From assembly GCA_010405405.1 (NCBI GenBank), contig MU004232.1, positions 2,611,038-2,675,037 of the forward strand: DNA of 64,000 nt. The letters are read 5' to 3'. This DNA is from Microthyrium microscopicum (Eukaryota). The notes below the pieces were generated by a model, which saw only the letters and a list, made by a program, of their open reading frames with translations, was not told where the DNA came from and did not search any database. Below are positions 12,632 to 25,462 of the stretch, in pieces. Numbering within the stretch: the first letter of the stretch is position 1; each line of letters begins with the position of its first letter. A program made the position numbers and the translations under genes.

Positions 12632-13473
12632 TCAAGGAAGAATGATAGAGAACGTAGTCTGGATTGAGGAGTTGTAAGATATTGGAAGATCAAAGAGGCG
12701 GAATAGACAAGAAGAAGATTCAGACACCCCGAATTGCTCAAACTTCAAATTTACCTGCCTCCAGTTGCATTCCATGACCAAATAGGATGATAAGAATTAC
12801 TTTTGAAGAAAACGCAACACCAGCCCGAGCAAATGAAGATGTGAGGTCGATTGAAATGAGCGAGCGACGAATCGTCCAGAAATTCCCGTGGTTCCTTGCG
12901 CCATTCTCTGTGGAACACGATGCCTCCCCTACAATGAGTTGTGGTCTCTCATGGCATTTCTAAAACCGCGGACAATTAACAACGCCCCTTCAAAATCTCG
13001 ATTGTTGGACCCCTTTGCTCCCATTGGTACGCATAATTAGCGAAAGATACTGAGGACTAACCGACCGATTGCATCACGGGATTATTGTCTGAACCTGCTT
13101 CAAAACGATACAAGCACAATGAGTAGAAGGTCGAACAAGCTGAAGTACCGAGAATTGCAAGAACAAAACCTAAACATAAGGTAAATGACAAGAGGAGGGA
13201 TTTGGTCAAGCACAAAAGCATACAAGGTTCAAATGTTCAAAGAAGATTTGTTGTCGTTGATGCCTTTGTTTTCGCCTTGGGTTTAAGGCCGCAGAGCAAA
13301 TCCACGACGCTTGTCCACTTTCAGCGACTATTGGCTTTTCTCAACTTTCGCAACTTGCAGCTCGTGCCAACGGCCATCTTCGCCTTCTCCTTCATCTCGC
13401 ATTCCGTTCATCCTGACGATCCTGTTTCCTAGTCTTTATTACTTTGACATCTCCGCTTGGAGCTCTCGCCATA

Positions 13474-14855
13474 ATGTACGACCGCGAACGATCATACCGG
13501 CCATCGCGTCGTCCTTCTCCACCTCGCGACAATTATGCTGGTCGAGGCCCTTCAGCGGCAGATAGTTATGTGCCATCTGCCCGACGTCGAAGCCGAAGCC
13601 CACCATACCGTCGCTCGCCACCTAGAGAGTCAACTTGGCGCGATCGCGAAAGAGAGCGGCCTCGATCACCACCTAGACGTCGTTTTGATGATGAAGACCG
13701 TCGAGACACTAGATACCGTTCACCTCCTCGAGAGCCACGATATGCACGGTCTCCCAGACGAGATAGAAGCCGTAGCCCGGGATTCGCTAAGAGAGCTAGA
13801 GACTACTCTCCTCGACCTCGATCTCCACCACCAAAACGCGAGCGACTCGCTTCACCACCTCCGCGTCGATTCGAGAGGTCAGTCTTGAAACGCAATGTAA
13901 AAGAAGTTTATACTAACGTGTATACAGCCCTCCTCGGAGACGATTTTCTCCAGAGCGGCCTCGACCTGATCGCGAATATCCTCGTCGTTCTCGTTCTCGC
14001 TCTCCTCGTCGTGACGATCGATTCGAAGTCCCAGACCGTACCCGATCATACGAGAATGATGCATCGGCACCAATATCTGGCGCAACTTCACGCCGCTCTA
14101 GTCCTCCTCCGGTACATCCGAGTCGCATGAGACTTGTTCCCGAAGAACGTTCAAATCGCCCATCACCAAACCAATCACCTCCTCGCTCACCAGCACGAAG
14201 ACAAGATTCTCGCGACTATGGTGGTCCAGTAGAGAATCCTGGTTATCGCAATGGAGACACTACTCGCGCGCCGCCGTCCGGTCCAGCTGCTTCTCGTGCA
14301 GGAGCCGTGCCTCCATCAGGTCCCGCTGGAAGCTCCGGTTCACGCTTCAACAACCCCGTACTGTCAGCACCATCACGACCACGTGGAGGTCGAGGAGGTT
14401 TCGGAGGAGGATATAGAGGGGATTTTGGCGGTCCATCTCCACGTCGTGGCGATTTTGGACGAGGTGGTTATTTCGGTGGCCCTGCACGCGGCGGATATCA
14501 AGGCGGAAACTTTCGTGGATCTTCCAACTCGAGCTCTTCGACATATCCTCGCTCCCAGCGCTTTGACACGGCCAGCTCTGTTAGACAGCATCTTTCAGAC
14601 TTGCCAGCCATCGTCCCTGGAGGTCAGGCTCTACCTCCACTTGATCCAGCAGGCGCCCAGCGCCTTCGCAGATTGGAAGAAGAGGCAGCGCGACTTCGCG
14701 AGGAGATTGCAGAGAAACAAAAGATCAAACGACAAGGTCTGAAGGAGTGGGACAAACTACAGGCTGATATTGATAGCGCGCAGCGTAAGACGGAATTTCA
14801 GGAGGAGAACTTGCGCATTGGCAATCAAGAAGAGGCTACCGGTCCTGCCTATTGA
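13474..14855 (+). CDS. Arg/Ser/Pro-repeat and RGG-box protein with C-terminal coiled coil (putative RNA-associated)
   Basis: RSRSPP repeats and RGG/FGG tract; intron 13878-13927 (GTCAGT..ACTAAC..CAG) joins the two ORFs. Confidence 0.8.
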
Positions 14856-15020
14856 ATAAGGATGGCAAAGACGAGCGAGAATTTGACTGAGCTGATATGG
14901 TCACCATGGTGGCACTGGGGTATTGTTTGATTAGTCGGTATTGGGTTCTGGCTCATTTCTTTATATCTGTACAAAAGCGAGCCTGAATAGCAATGCATAG
15001 CGAAGATCTAAGGGTACTCT

Positions 15021-15033
15021 AATATATATATAT
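15021..15033. repeat. Short (AT)n microsatellite
   Basis: AATATATATATAT read directly. Confidence 0.6.
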
Positions 15034-15251
15034 CGAAGCTCATATGCTCGCGTCTCTGGGCTACCTGTGAAACGATATATAAAGTCAACTTGACCATTTA
15101 AATGACCTTTCTGGGGAAGAGAAACATTGAAGCTTGGGGCACACTTCGAGCCAAAAGAGCATGGACCCTAGCTTTCATCTTGTGTGGTGCTTCTTGCATG
15201 AAAGCTCGATAATCCTTCCATTCCTCTCCACCTGCACTAGTTGATCGATTG

Positions 15252-18200
15252 ATGCCGCCTTTAGCGTCCAGGTTTGGTTGTGCCGTTTCCGGGGTATGCT
15301 TGACCTCCCGCACCGAGCTGCCCCACTTGGTAGGCAACGCAGCTATCAATCGACGTGTCTCGCGTCTCACCTGGGAAGGTAGTCTACGCTGCTTGTCATC
15401 CTTCGTATCTCCAAGGACCATTCAATCACATATATTGCCAGTGTATACTGTGAGGTCTGCTGCTTTTCGCACCTACAAACATACTCTGCAAACCAACTTC
15501 ACCCACTCAATTAGACATTGCAGCTACGAAGCAAGAGCCATGGCTTCCGATCGCGATGTACTGCCAGACACGTTTGCTTCCCTTCCTACAAGCTATGATA
15601 GTATACTAATGGATTCCATAGGGTTAAACCGTCAAACTACAACCTCTCAATCCACGACATCGAGTTTCTAGGCGATTGGAGCTATCAAGGCACCGTCAAG
15701 ATCGATCTTGATATCAAGAAGAGTGCTAGAGAGATCGTTCTGAATGCCAATCAGCTTACCATTCATTCTGCCCAACTTTCCACAGAACAGACCAAGACAG
15801 AGCAAGCTGCAAAGGCGACAAAGATTGACTATGATGCTCCAAAGCATCGAGTTACGTTCCAGTTCGACCAGGAATTTCCTGTCACCAACAAGGCTGTTTT
15901 GGAAGTCAAGTTTCAAGGCACTATCAATAACGTAGGTTTATCATAACAGTTAGTCTGAGATTTGGATACTAACAAAGTCATTACAGTTGATGGCTGGCTT
16001 CTATCGTTCTCGCTACAAGCCCACCGTTGAGCCCGCGAAATCTGTTCCTCACGACGATGAGCACCACTACATGTTCTCCACCCAATTCGAGTCCTGTGAT
16101 GCTCGACGAACATTCCCATGTTTTGATGAGCCCAATCTCAAAGCTTCTCTCGAGTTCGATATTGAAATTCCCGAGGATCAAGTAGCTTTGAGCAACATGC
16201 CCGAGAAGGAGGTCAAGAAGAGCTCGAAAGATGGCTGGAAGGTTGTGACATTCGAAAAGAGCCCAATCATGAGCACGTATCTGTTTGCCTGGGCTTTTGG
16301 CGACTTTGAATATGTCGAGGACTTTACGAAGCGCAAATATAATGGAAAGAACATGCCTGTGCGCGTTTACACTACTCGAGGACTCAAGGAGCAGGGCCGC
16401 TTTGCGCTGGAAAACTGCCACAAGGTGGTCGATTACTTTTCGGAGATCTTCCAAATTGACTATCCCCTCCCAAAGGTTGATCTGTTGGCTTGTCACGAAT
16501 TTTCTCACGGCGCCATGGAAAATTGGGGTCTCATTACCTATCGAACCACGGCAGTTTTGTTCGATGAAAAGACATCGTCAGCAAGATACAAGAACCGAGT
16601 GGCTTATGTTGTATCGCATGAACTGGCACATCAATGGTTCGGAAATTTGGTGACCATGGATTGGTGGAATGAGCTCTGGCTCAACGAAGGCTTTGCTACT
16701 TGGGTTGGCTGGCTTGCTGTAGACCATCTCTTCCCAGAGTGGAATGTCTGGGGTCAATTTGTGACCGAGTCTACTGACACTGGTTTCACACTGGATTCTA
16801 TTCGCAACTCGCATCCAATCGAAGTCCCAGTTAGAGATGCTCTAGAGGTTGATCAAATTTTCGATCATATCAGCTACTTGAAGGGCAGCTCAGTCATTCG
16901 CATGCTGAGCGCCCATCTAGGCACTCAAACCTTCTTGAACGGAGTTGCTAGTTACCTAAAGAAGCATCAATACTCCAACGCCACTACCACCGACCTGTGG
17001 GATGCTCTGAGCGCTGCATCTGGCCAGGATGTGGCCAAATTCATGGAGCCATGGATTCGAAAGATTGGTTTCCCAGTCATCACAGTTGCTGAGGAGCCTG
17101 GCCAGATCACCATACAACAAAACAGATTCCTCATCTCTGGTGATGTCGAGGCCAAGGACGATGAAACCACTTGGTGGATTCCACTTGGTCTGAAGACTGG
17201 ACCCAAAGCCGAAGCTGTTGAAGGTACCTCTCTTAGCACGAAAGAAGATACCATTCGCAACATTGATGACTCCTTCTACAAGCTGAATGCAGATGCAAGT
17301 GGCTTCTATCGAACCAGCTATCCACCAGAGCGACTAAAGAAGCTCGGAGAAGCTCGTCACCTGCTCAGTCTGCAAGACAAAATCGGTCTCATTGGCGATG
17401 CTGCTGCCACTGCACAATCTGGCAATGGCACTACAGCCGCTTTCCTCGCTCTTGCTGAGCAGTTCAAAGATGAGGACTCTTATTTGGTATGGTCACAGCT
17501 TCTTAGTTCCCTAGGACATATCAAGAGCGTCTTTGCAGATGTTCCCGACATCCAAGACGGACTGCGCAAGTTCACTGTGAAGGTTGTCGGTCCAGTCGCT
17601 GATAAGGTCGGCTGGGAATACGCTCCTGATGAGGACTATCTCAAGGGCCAACTCCGCGCTCTAGTCCTTCTCCACGCCGGTGCCTCTGGCTACGAACCCG
17701 TTGTCGATGAAGCCAAAAAGCGCTTCAAGGCATACATGGGCGGTGAGACCAGCGTCATCCACCCATCTCTACGCACCGCCGTATTCCGCACTGCAGTCAA
17801 AACTGGAGGGCAGGCAGAATTCGACGCGATCAAAAAATTCTATACCGAAACCACAGCAGTTGACGGTAAAGAAATCGCTCTCTCCACACTCGGCCGTGTA
17901 CAAACACCAGAGCTAGCCAAGGCTTTCCTTGACTTTACCTTCTCGCCTGTCGTCGCGGTGCAAGATCGACATACCTGCGGAGCCAGTCTGGGCGGCCACT
18001 CGACTGGACGAACAGTCTTGTGGGACTACATCAAGACCAACTGGGACTCTAAAGTGTTCCCTGAGCTCTCTGGCAACATGGTGGTGCTGGAGCGGTTCTT
18101 GCGAGTCGCACTCAAGCACTTTTCGTCCTTTGAGGTAGAGAAGGACATTGGGCAATTCTTCAAGGACAAGGATTGTCGAGGATTCGATCGTGGCCTTAGT

Positions 18201-18293
18201 GTGGTGCGCGATACAGTCATCAGCAGTGCAAAGTACAAGGAGCGAGATGAGGCGCGAATCCGTGAGTGGTTGAAAGCAAGCGGATATGCTTGA
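15252..18293 (+). CDS. M1-family alanyl/arginyl aminopeptidase (Ape2/Aap1-like); conserved core starts at 15540
   Basis: GAMEN and HELAH-x18-E zinc motif, STQFESCDARRTFPCFDEP, ERAP1-like C-terminus; introns ~15572-15621 and ~15932-15986. Confidence 0.96.
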
Positions 18294-19451
18294 CTCAGAA
18301 GTACGCTCTAAAAGCAAGAAGCATTTCCATTGCCAAACTCATGGGTTGGTTGTGAACATATACTGCATCTCAAAAGATGTATTGTTTACGCCTCTACAGG
18401 GTCAATAAAATAAATTGAATCCAAACCCCTTTTTGTCCATGAGAATATTGAAAGGCAAGTCGAGTTTGTCAACTTCAATCGTCCACAATATATCCTATTC
18501 CAGTAACCACCTCGGCCTCGCGCCACTTGCCACAACTATAACTTGCTCAAAATAGTCCGGCTCGTACTCTGTCAATAGCTCGTAGCAGATAAGCTATCCA
18601 GGGCCACCATTATTCATCCCCTGTTCTACCTTGGCTATACCCCTCCCCAGGGCATACACAGTATCTGCGATTCACTGATGCATTTCCTTCTACAATCGCA
18701 CTCAATCAAGCTTCGGGCCGCACGATAGTCACTGACAGCGCTCTGCTCAGAAGCATGTAGACTTTGTGGAGCAGTTTGATGGAACGAACGACCATGATGA
18801 CCACATTTACGATTTATCCCCAATGCCTGCGGAGTACAGCCTTGTCTCTCGCAAAATATTGAAGTATTAGGCTAGTCTTTGCTGTAAGACGTGCATCCAC
18901 CTGTCACCTAAACACTAGCGAGAATGCGGTTCGCTCTGCGAACCCCGATTCCCGTAGGGAATGTTTTGAAACGGTTGTCGGCAAGTCGGCATTTTTCTCC
19001 ACGAATTGCTTTGCTTTTGCTTTTTTCTAGCCGCTTTTGTATCCTTGCAAACAACGTCTTTGGGTGATCAGCGCGACCGAGGTTAAGCATAACTTTGGCT
19101 TTGTATCTGCAGTTTTGCTGCAGCTTTTGGGCCTGCCACTGGCGTTGAGCTTGCACGGTGCTTATATCCACGGGTTCGGGACGGGCTGTGTAGATCTAGG
19201 CTGCGGTATTGGCTGGACGGTTGTTTATATAGGCGGTTGATTGCCTGAGGGGTGTTCTTGTTCGTTTTTTCTGTTGAATGTTTCTTGTGGTGTTCGTGAG
19301 ATTGATTTTTGGACTTGTGAGCTTGGCTTTTGTGTCAAAGTCTGGTATACCTAGATCAGCAACTAGTGTGAGGCTTTGGACCTTGGACTCCATTTGAGTA
19401 CGATATCATACAACAACCGAAAGTCCACCGGAGAAACGCGGATCATATACG

Positions 19452-21197
19452 ATGGCTGTTCAGACGGAACCGACGACGAATGGCGATGTTGTGGTAGTAG
19501 GGAAGAAGGGCGAGATTGGTATTACGTTGGAGGAGACCAAGGACGAGTCGGAGTTACAGCCTGGCAATGAGAATACAGAGATTACGATTGTCGAAAAGCC
19601 AGCGTACGAAATCGATGGCGATGGGAATATCAGGCAAGAAGCTCTGGCACCTAAATCCAAGGAGGCAGATATCGAGGAGTTGGATGTGATCATCGTCGGC
19701 GCTGGTATCAGTGGAATCAATATGGGCTACCGAACTCAAACGATGCTCAAGAATAAATCCTTTACGATCCTCGAAAGAAGAGGGCGAATAGGAGGAACAT
19801 GGGACTTGGTATGTACAACATCTCATCTTCAGCTATCACGACTTCTAACCCATCACCAGATGAAATACCCCGGCATCCGCTCCGACTCCGACCTCTACAC
19901 CTTCGGCTTCGCCTGGCGACCCTGGAAATACGCCCAACCCATCGCCAAAGGCGAACTAATCCAGCAATACATGATCGAATGCGCACAAGAAACCGGCCTC
20001 GACTCCCACATCCGCTTCCACCACCGCCTCGTGTCCGCCGCCTGGCGATCCCGCGAACAACGCTGGACACTCACCACCGAAATCACCGCCCCCAACACCG
20101 CCGCCATAACAAAGACCTTCCGCACCCAATTCCTCGTCCTCGGCACAGGCTACTACGACCACGACAAACCCCTCGCGACCGTCATCCCCGGCCTCGAATC
20201 CTTCAAAGGCATCATCGCACACCCCCAATTCTGGCCCCAAGATCTAAACTACGCCAACAAAAACATCGCCGTCATCGGCTCCGGCGCAACAGCCGTAACC
20301 CTCACGCCCGCCCTCGCCGAAACAGCAGCCCACGTAACAATGGTCCAACGCAGTCCCTCCTACATCGTCTCGCTGCCAAACCGCGGCACCGCAAAGCCCT
20401 GGTGGATCCGCATATGGCCCATTGAATGGCAGCGCCAAATCGTGCGCTGGCGCTATCTATTCATGGGCTTCGTATATCGACGCTTCCTCTCAAAAGATAG
20501 CGACACGACGAAGAAGTTTCTCGCGCGTATTACGCAGGCTCAATTACCGGAACATATACCGTATGATCCACATTTTAAGCCGAAATATGCGCCTTGGGCG
20601 CAGAGAATGTGTTTGACGCCGAATGGTGATTTCTTCAAGGGGTTGAGGGATAAGAAGGTGTCCATGTGTACTGGAGCCATCGAGTCTGTCGTGGAAGACG
20701 GCATCGTCATGCAAGACGGGACGAAGATTGACGCTGATATCATTGTGACGGCAACAGGATTGCATATGAAATATGGCGGCAACTGTCACTTTGACATTGA
20801 TGGTGAGGAGTTTCGATTTGGCGAGAAATATCTTTGGCGCGGTATAATGGTGCAGGATATGCCGAACGCCGCGCTCGTGCTGGGCTATACGAAAGCATCA
20901 TGGACATTGGGCGCAGATGCGACAGCGTCGTTGGTGGTGCGCATGATCAAACATCTGGACAGAAATGGGCTGGACAGCGCAACGCCGCGGATGGCGAAGA
21001 AAGATGTGGTGCGGATTACGAGTGCGCCGGGCGTGATGGGGTTGACGAGCACTTATATATTGAGGGCGCTACATCGGCTGCCGAAGACGAGTGATCAGAA
21101 GCCGTGGAAGGCGAGAGGGAATTACTTGGAGGATAATTGGGATGCTCAGTATGGAAGTTTGACGACGGGGATGCAGTTTACAAAGTCAGTTACATGA
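19452..21197 (+). CDS. Flavin-dependent monooxygenase (Baeyer-Villiger/EthA-like)
   Basis: IIVGAGISG, GGTWDL|MKYPGIRSDSD, FKGIIAHPQFWP fingerprint, IGSGATA, MVQRSP, IVTATG; intron 19809-19859. Confidence 0.93.
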   Translation: MAVQTEPTTNGDVVVVGKKGEIGITLEETKDESELQPGNENTEITIVEKPAYEIDGDGNIRQEALAPKSKEADIEELDVIIVGAGISGINMGYRTQTMLKNKSFTILERRGRIGGTWDLVCTTSHLQLSRLLTHHQMKYPGIRSDSDLYTFGFAWRPWKYAQPIAKGELIQQYMIECAQETGLDSHIRFHHRLVSAAWRSREQRWTLTTEITAPNTAAITKTFRTQFLVLGTGYYDHDKPLATVIPGLESFKGIIAHPQFWPQDLNYANKNIAVIGSGATAVTLTPALAETAAHVTMVQRSPSYIVSLPNRGTAKPWWIRIWPIEWQRQIVRWRYLFMGFVYRRFLSKDSDTTKKFLARITQAQLPEHIPYDPHFKPKYAPWAQRMCLTPNGDFFKGLRDKKVSMCTGAIESVVEDGIVMQDGTKIDADIIVTATGLHMKYGGNCHFDIDGEEFRFGEKYLWRGIMVQDMPNAALVLGYTKASWTLGADATASLVVRMIKHLDRNGLDSATPRMAKKDVVRITSAPGVMGLTSTYILRALHRLPKTSDQKPWKARGNYLEDNWDAQYGSLTTGMQFTKSVT

Positions 21198-21602
21198 GAC
21201 GCATTTGAACGGTATGGTATAGTTCATTGATTGGTGTTGGCGTATTGGGACATCAAGGGTTGAGATACCAGACTGAAGTATATCGAATGAAATTACAGTA
21301 CAAGAATGAATACAAGGTATATATAACTCCAAACGACCGCCTTGTCCTAATCATTAACATTCCTTCTCCTTATCATGAACGTCTGCCTTCTCCTAAACAG
21401 ACATGCGCTTCATCCCATTTGGACATCCAGTATCCTCCGAATCGCTGCCATCCTCCTGCATGTTACAGAAATCCAACTCCTCTCCAACACAAACACGTGT
21501 GCCCGCCCATTCATGCGTATCGGCCCACTCAATCTCATGGATATCAGGGACCTCCAAATCATGATCATGCAAAGTGAGTGAAGCTCCAGCTACTTCAGCA
21601 TA

Positions 21603-24090
21603 CTACTGCTGAATCTTCGCTCCCTCTTTCGTGGCCTCCTCCTCTTTCACATCCACCTTGGGTACATCTCCTTCCAAGACATCTCTGCAAGCACCATTCT
21701 CGCACAACTGTACGCCAGCCTTCTCAACATCCATAGCCTTGATCAGAGTATTTCTCTCCTTGAGCCACTTGCCTTCCACACCGCCACCAATTCGAACCAC
21801 AGTTCGTCCCCACGGAGTCTTGTCTCTGACCTCGTCGATGTACTTATCCACATTCTCGCCAGAGCCAGTGATGACAATCGTTTTCATGCCCCTAAACTCT
21901 GCCACGACTGATTCCAGCATACTGACAAAGAGGAACGGATGTTGAAGAATTTCGGCATCAAAGGCATGGACAGTGCGCTTGGCCTGCTTGATATATGCCT
22001 CATCTTCTAACATGGCACCCAGGCGGTTCAAGTTTTGCGCAGAGACACCGTTTGTCGATGGCTCCGCGTTGTCCATGCCGTCCTTGAGTCTTAGAATTAG
22101 ATCAGTCTGGTCCATGGAAGTGCTGAAGAAACCACCATGTTCCTCATCCCAGAACAGCTTCGTCTGAGTTTCTACACTCTGTTAGCAAAACATAACACTA
22201 CACCATAACAGAGCCAACTTACTCTGCAAAGAATCCGCCCACTCTAGCCACTGATCATCCCAACTCGCCTCATACAAATCAATCAATCCCGCAATCAAAA
22301 ACGCATAATCGTCCGCAAACGCCGGCGCCTCACCAAGTTGCTCACGCCACACTCTCTTCATATCGCCCTTCGAATCCACCATCTCTCTCTTCACAAACCC
22401 CGCCGCCTTCTCTGCCGCGTCCAGACACTGTTTCGCCACATCCGGCTTAATCTTCGCCAACACCGCCGCCGTCCTCGCCAGTGCTCCAATCGCAAGCCCA
22501 TTCCACGCCAACACAATCTTGTCATCCAGCATCGGCCGCGGCCGTTCCTTCTCCCGATACGCCCGTAATTTCTGGCGCGAACTCTCAAGCAGAGTAACCA
22601 CCTGTTCAGCACCAAGACCAAATTGCTTGCTCAGTTCTTCGGGTGTTCGTGATACGGCGAGCACACTTTGATTCATGAGTTCATCATGTACATCAAAGTC
22701 AGGCGGCACATTGCCATTCTCCTGCACATTCCAGTACGCCGCACAAATGCCTGCATCGCGCTCGCCTAGCACGCTCACAAGCTCCTTTGAAGTCCACACA
22801 TAGAATGCACCTTCTCGCTTCTCCGTATCTGTTGTTGTTGTCTTGCTATCCGCGTCCTCGGAGCTGTAAAAGCCGCCGTTTGGCGCATGGATAGGTGGGG
22901 ATAGTAGGTATGCTGCGATATCGAGAACAGCGTCAAGAAACAATGGGTCTTTGCGGATGAGATAGGCGTCTAGATAAGCAGGCAGTAGCTGGACTTGGTC
23001 GTATAGCATTTTCTCGAAATGTGGCAGACCCCAGTCGCGTGTGACACTGTAGCGCGCGAAACCATGGCCAATTTGGTCTTTGATTCCGCCGCGGTACATG
23101 GACGTGAGTGTGTGAGTAGCGATGTTTGCGGCCTGTTCGATATCTGGCTCGTCGATGAATTCGTGAAGGTTTTGTGGGTACTGTCCGGGACTGAGGAGAA
23201 ATCGGAGGTTGACAGGTGTAGGGAATTTAGGCTGGATGCCGAAGCCGCCGTTGGTATGGTCGTATTTGAGTTTAAAGTGCTCGATGGCGTCGTCCAGGAG
23301 GTCGATTTCAAGATCTTCGTGGCCAGCTTCTTTGGCGATACCTTCACGCGAGATGAGGCCTTCCTGGGCGAATTGCCTCAGTTCGTTGGCGATCACTTTA
23401 GCGCTGTCGATACACTTCTGTCTTTGTTCGCGCCAGACTTGCTCCATCTTCTTTAAAATCGACATGAAATCCACCTGTTCCCGCAAGGCTGGCGAAGGAC
23501 CAGGCCAATATGTGCCGCCAAATAGCGGCTCGCGATCTGGCGTGAGGAACACGTTGAGCGGCCAGCCGCCACCGCCAGTTGTTGCTTGGACATAGTTCAT
23601 ATATATGCGATCTATATCTGGGCGTTCTTCGCGATCGAGTTTGATAGGGATGAAATGTGTGTTTAAGTACTTGGCTACATCGGCGTTTTCAAAAGACTCG
23701 CGCTCCATCACATGGCACCAATGGCAAGCGCTGTAACCCACGCTGAGGAATATGAGGCGATTGTGGTCTTTGGCGAGCTTCAGAGTCTCGGGGTCCCTAC
23801 AATTTGTTAGTTCAAGTTACCAAAGCCAACTCAGGTGGACTAGACCATATGGTCTTGAAGCGCGGCAATCTAGGATGCTTTATAGTATCCATACAGTGCA
23901 ATGGGAGCACAACACGCTATAGTACAAACACAAGATATTTTTTAAAGAGAGCGACTCACCATAACTGCCATGCGACAGGATTCCTCCCATGCTCGCGCAC
24001 ATACGGACTCCGACTCGAACCCGCGCAATTGACAAGCTTCAGCTCCCGCCCCTGTCCCCCAACATCCACATTTTCCGTTACAGTGCTCAT
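21603..24090 (-). CDS. SPATA20/YyaL-like protein (thioredoxin-like DUF255 plus alpha/alpha barrel)
   Basis: SRSPYVREH..NPVAWQLW, GYSACHWCHVMERESF, REERPDID, GGWPL, PHFEKMLYD; introns ~23959-23798 and ~22221-22172. Confidence 0.93.
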
Positions 24091-25462
24091 CTTGCGTGCT
24101 TGACGACGTATATCAAAGTATAACGGGCTATATATGCTCTTCTGGTAGAATGACGACACGACTGGTCTTCTAGCCCGTGGACTCGAAGACTCGACGAAGG
24201 AGGAAAGCGCGCGCGAGTGCGCAACGAAGTGATGGCGTAGAGGATTTATGATGCAAAGATTATTTGCCGTAGGTATCCGGCTGGGCTGGACCCTGTATCG
24301 ATATATCTGGCGAAGAGGTTCCAGGATGGGAGATAAGGAGGAGGAGCAGTATTGTAAGCTATGGCATTCGACGGGCCAAAACACGTTGTTCGTCGAGGTC
24401 GTGATATGATTCAAGTTCGATATCGTCCAGAGGATCCGTTAATGAAAACGTAATAGCCGACTGCGGCTCCGGACTATGAATATCGTAGCTAAAAGCATCC
24501 AACCCGAGGGCTACTATGGTGTAAGTGGCAAGGCTGAGGGTCGATCAAGCTCATAAGAGGGGGACAGGACAAGCGCACAATGACGAAAGGGATCAGGTTG
24601 TCTGCCAAGCTGCAGCAAAGTAGGACATTGAGTTGCTAATTGTAGAAGAGTGTATTGAGTTTGCAAACTGGATGATGAAGTCTGAAGTAGGGAGAGGGAG
24701 TTCGGTACCAAGCACGAAGTACTGCGGGGCTGGGCTCTCACAGGCTTGTGGTTCAGGAGCAAGTGATTCTCAACTTCTTCTTTTTTGTTGCCATGTACCA
24801 TTATTATTACCTCCACAAAGCATGTGCTACGCAGATTTTTCTCTAATGGCTGCTATGTCTACATTCTCTTGTCAATAGACAGTTAAAAAAAAGTGTTAGC
24901 TTACGACCCAAGCTTATGAAAAGTCCAGCTGCTACTGCTTCTTGTGGCGCATCGCTGAGAAAACACTACTCTAGAGTACCTCAAGTGGACGTACCGCAGC
25001 GAACGGAGAAACTACTTGGAAGCGTTGTGTAAAATATTATACCAGAGCACGAGCGAAGGTGAAAAAACATCTGCAAGCAAAATTTGATGCCATTGTTCTA
25101 TGGTACCGAGTCAACTATCATGCATGGTACAAGTGTTTAAAGAGCCGACCGAAGCCAAAACATGATTTGATATTGGCCGTAACACAGCCCAGTCGACTCG
25201 ACGCATGAAATATGCCCATGGTTCCACAAAAGCCGCATGCCGAATACCTATCAATGTATTTCCAGGCTATGCAGGTCCATGACAGAAGGCCCTAGAAGAA
25301 GGCAATAATTTGTACAGTAAAAAAGCCCAAGCATGAAGAAAAAGCTTGGGAAAAAGGCAGGCCGCAAAGAGTAATTCATACCACTGCGGCCGCAAACAAA
25401 AAGTCGTACAAGAGGCATACGGTCATCTCATCCGTGTAGACAAAATAATGAGCAAGAAGCGC

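Noticed and set aside
18291..18311. Readthrough of the aminopeptidase stop (TGA CTC) giving X-LRSTL as a cryptic PTS1
   Set aside because: Context is not UGA-CUA and STL is not a canonical fungal PTS1
19809..19859. 17-aa insertion in the monooxygenase ORF
   Set aside because: It is an ordinary stop-free intron; removal restores WDL-MKYPG
23842..23855. 14-bp palindrome AGACCATATGGTCT in a SPATA20 intron
   Set aside because: A few palindromes of this length are expected by chance in 64 kb
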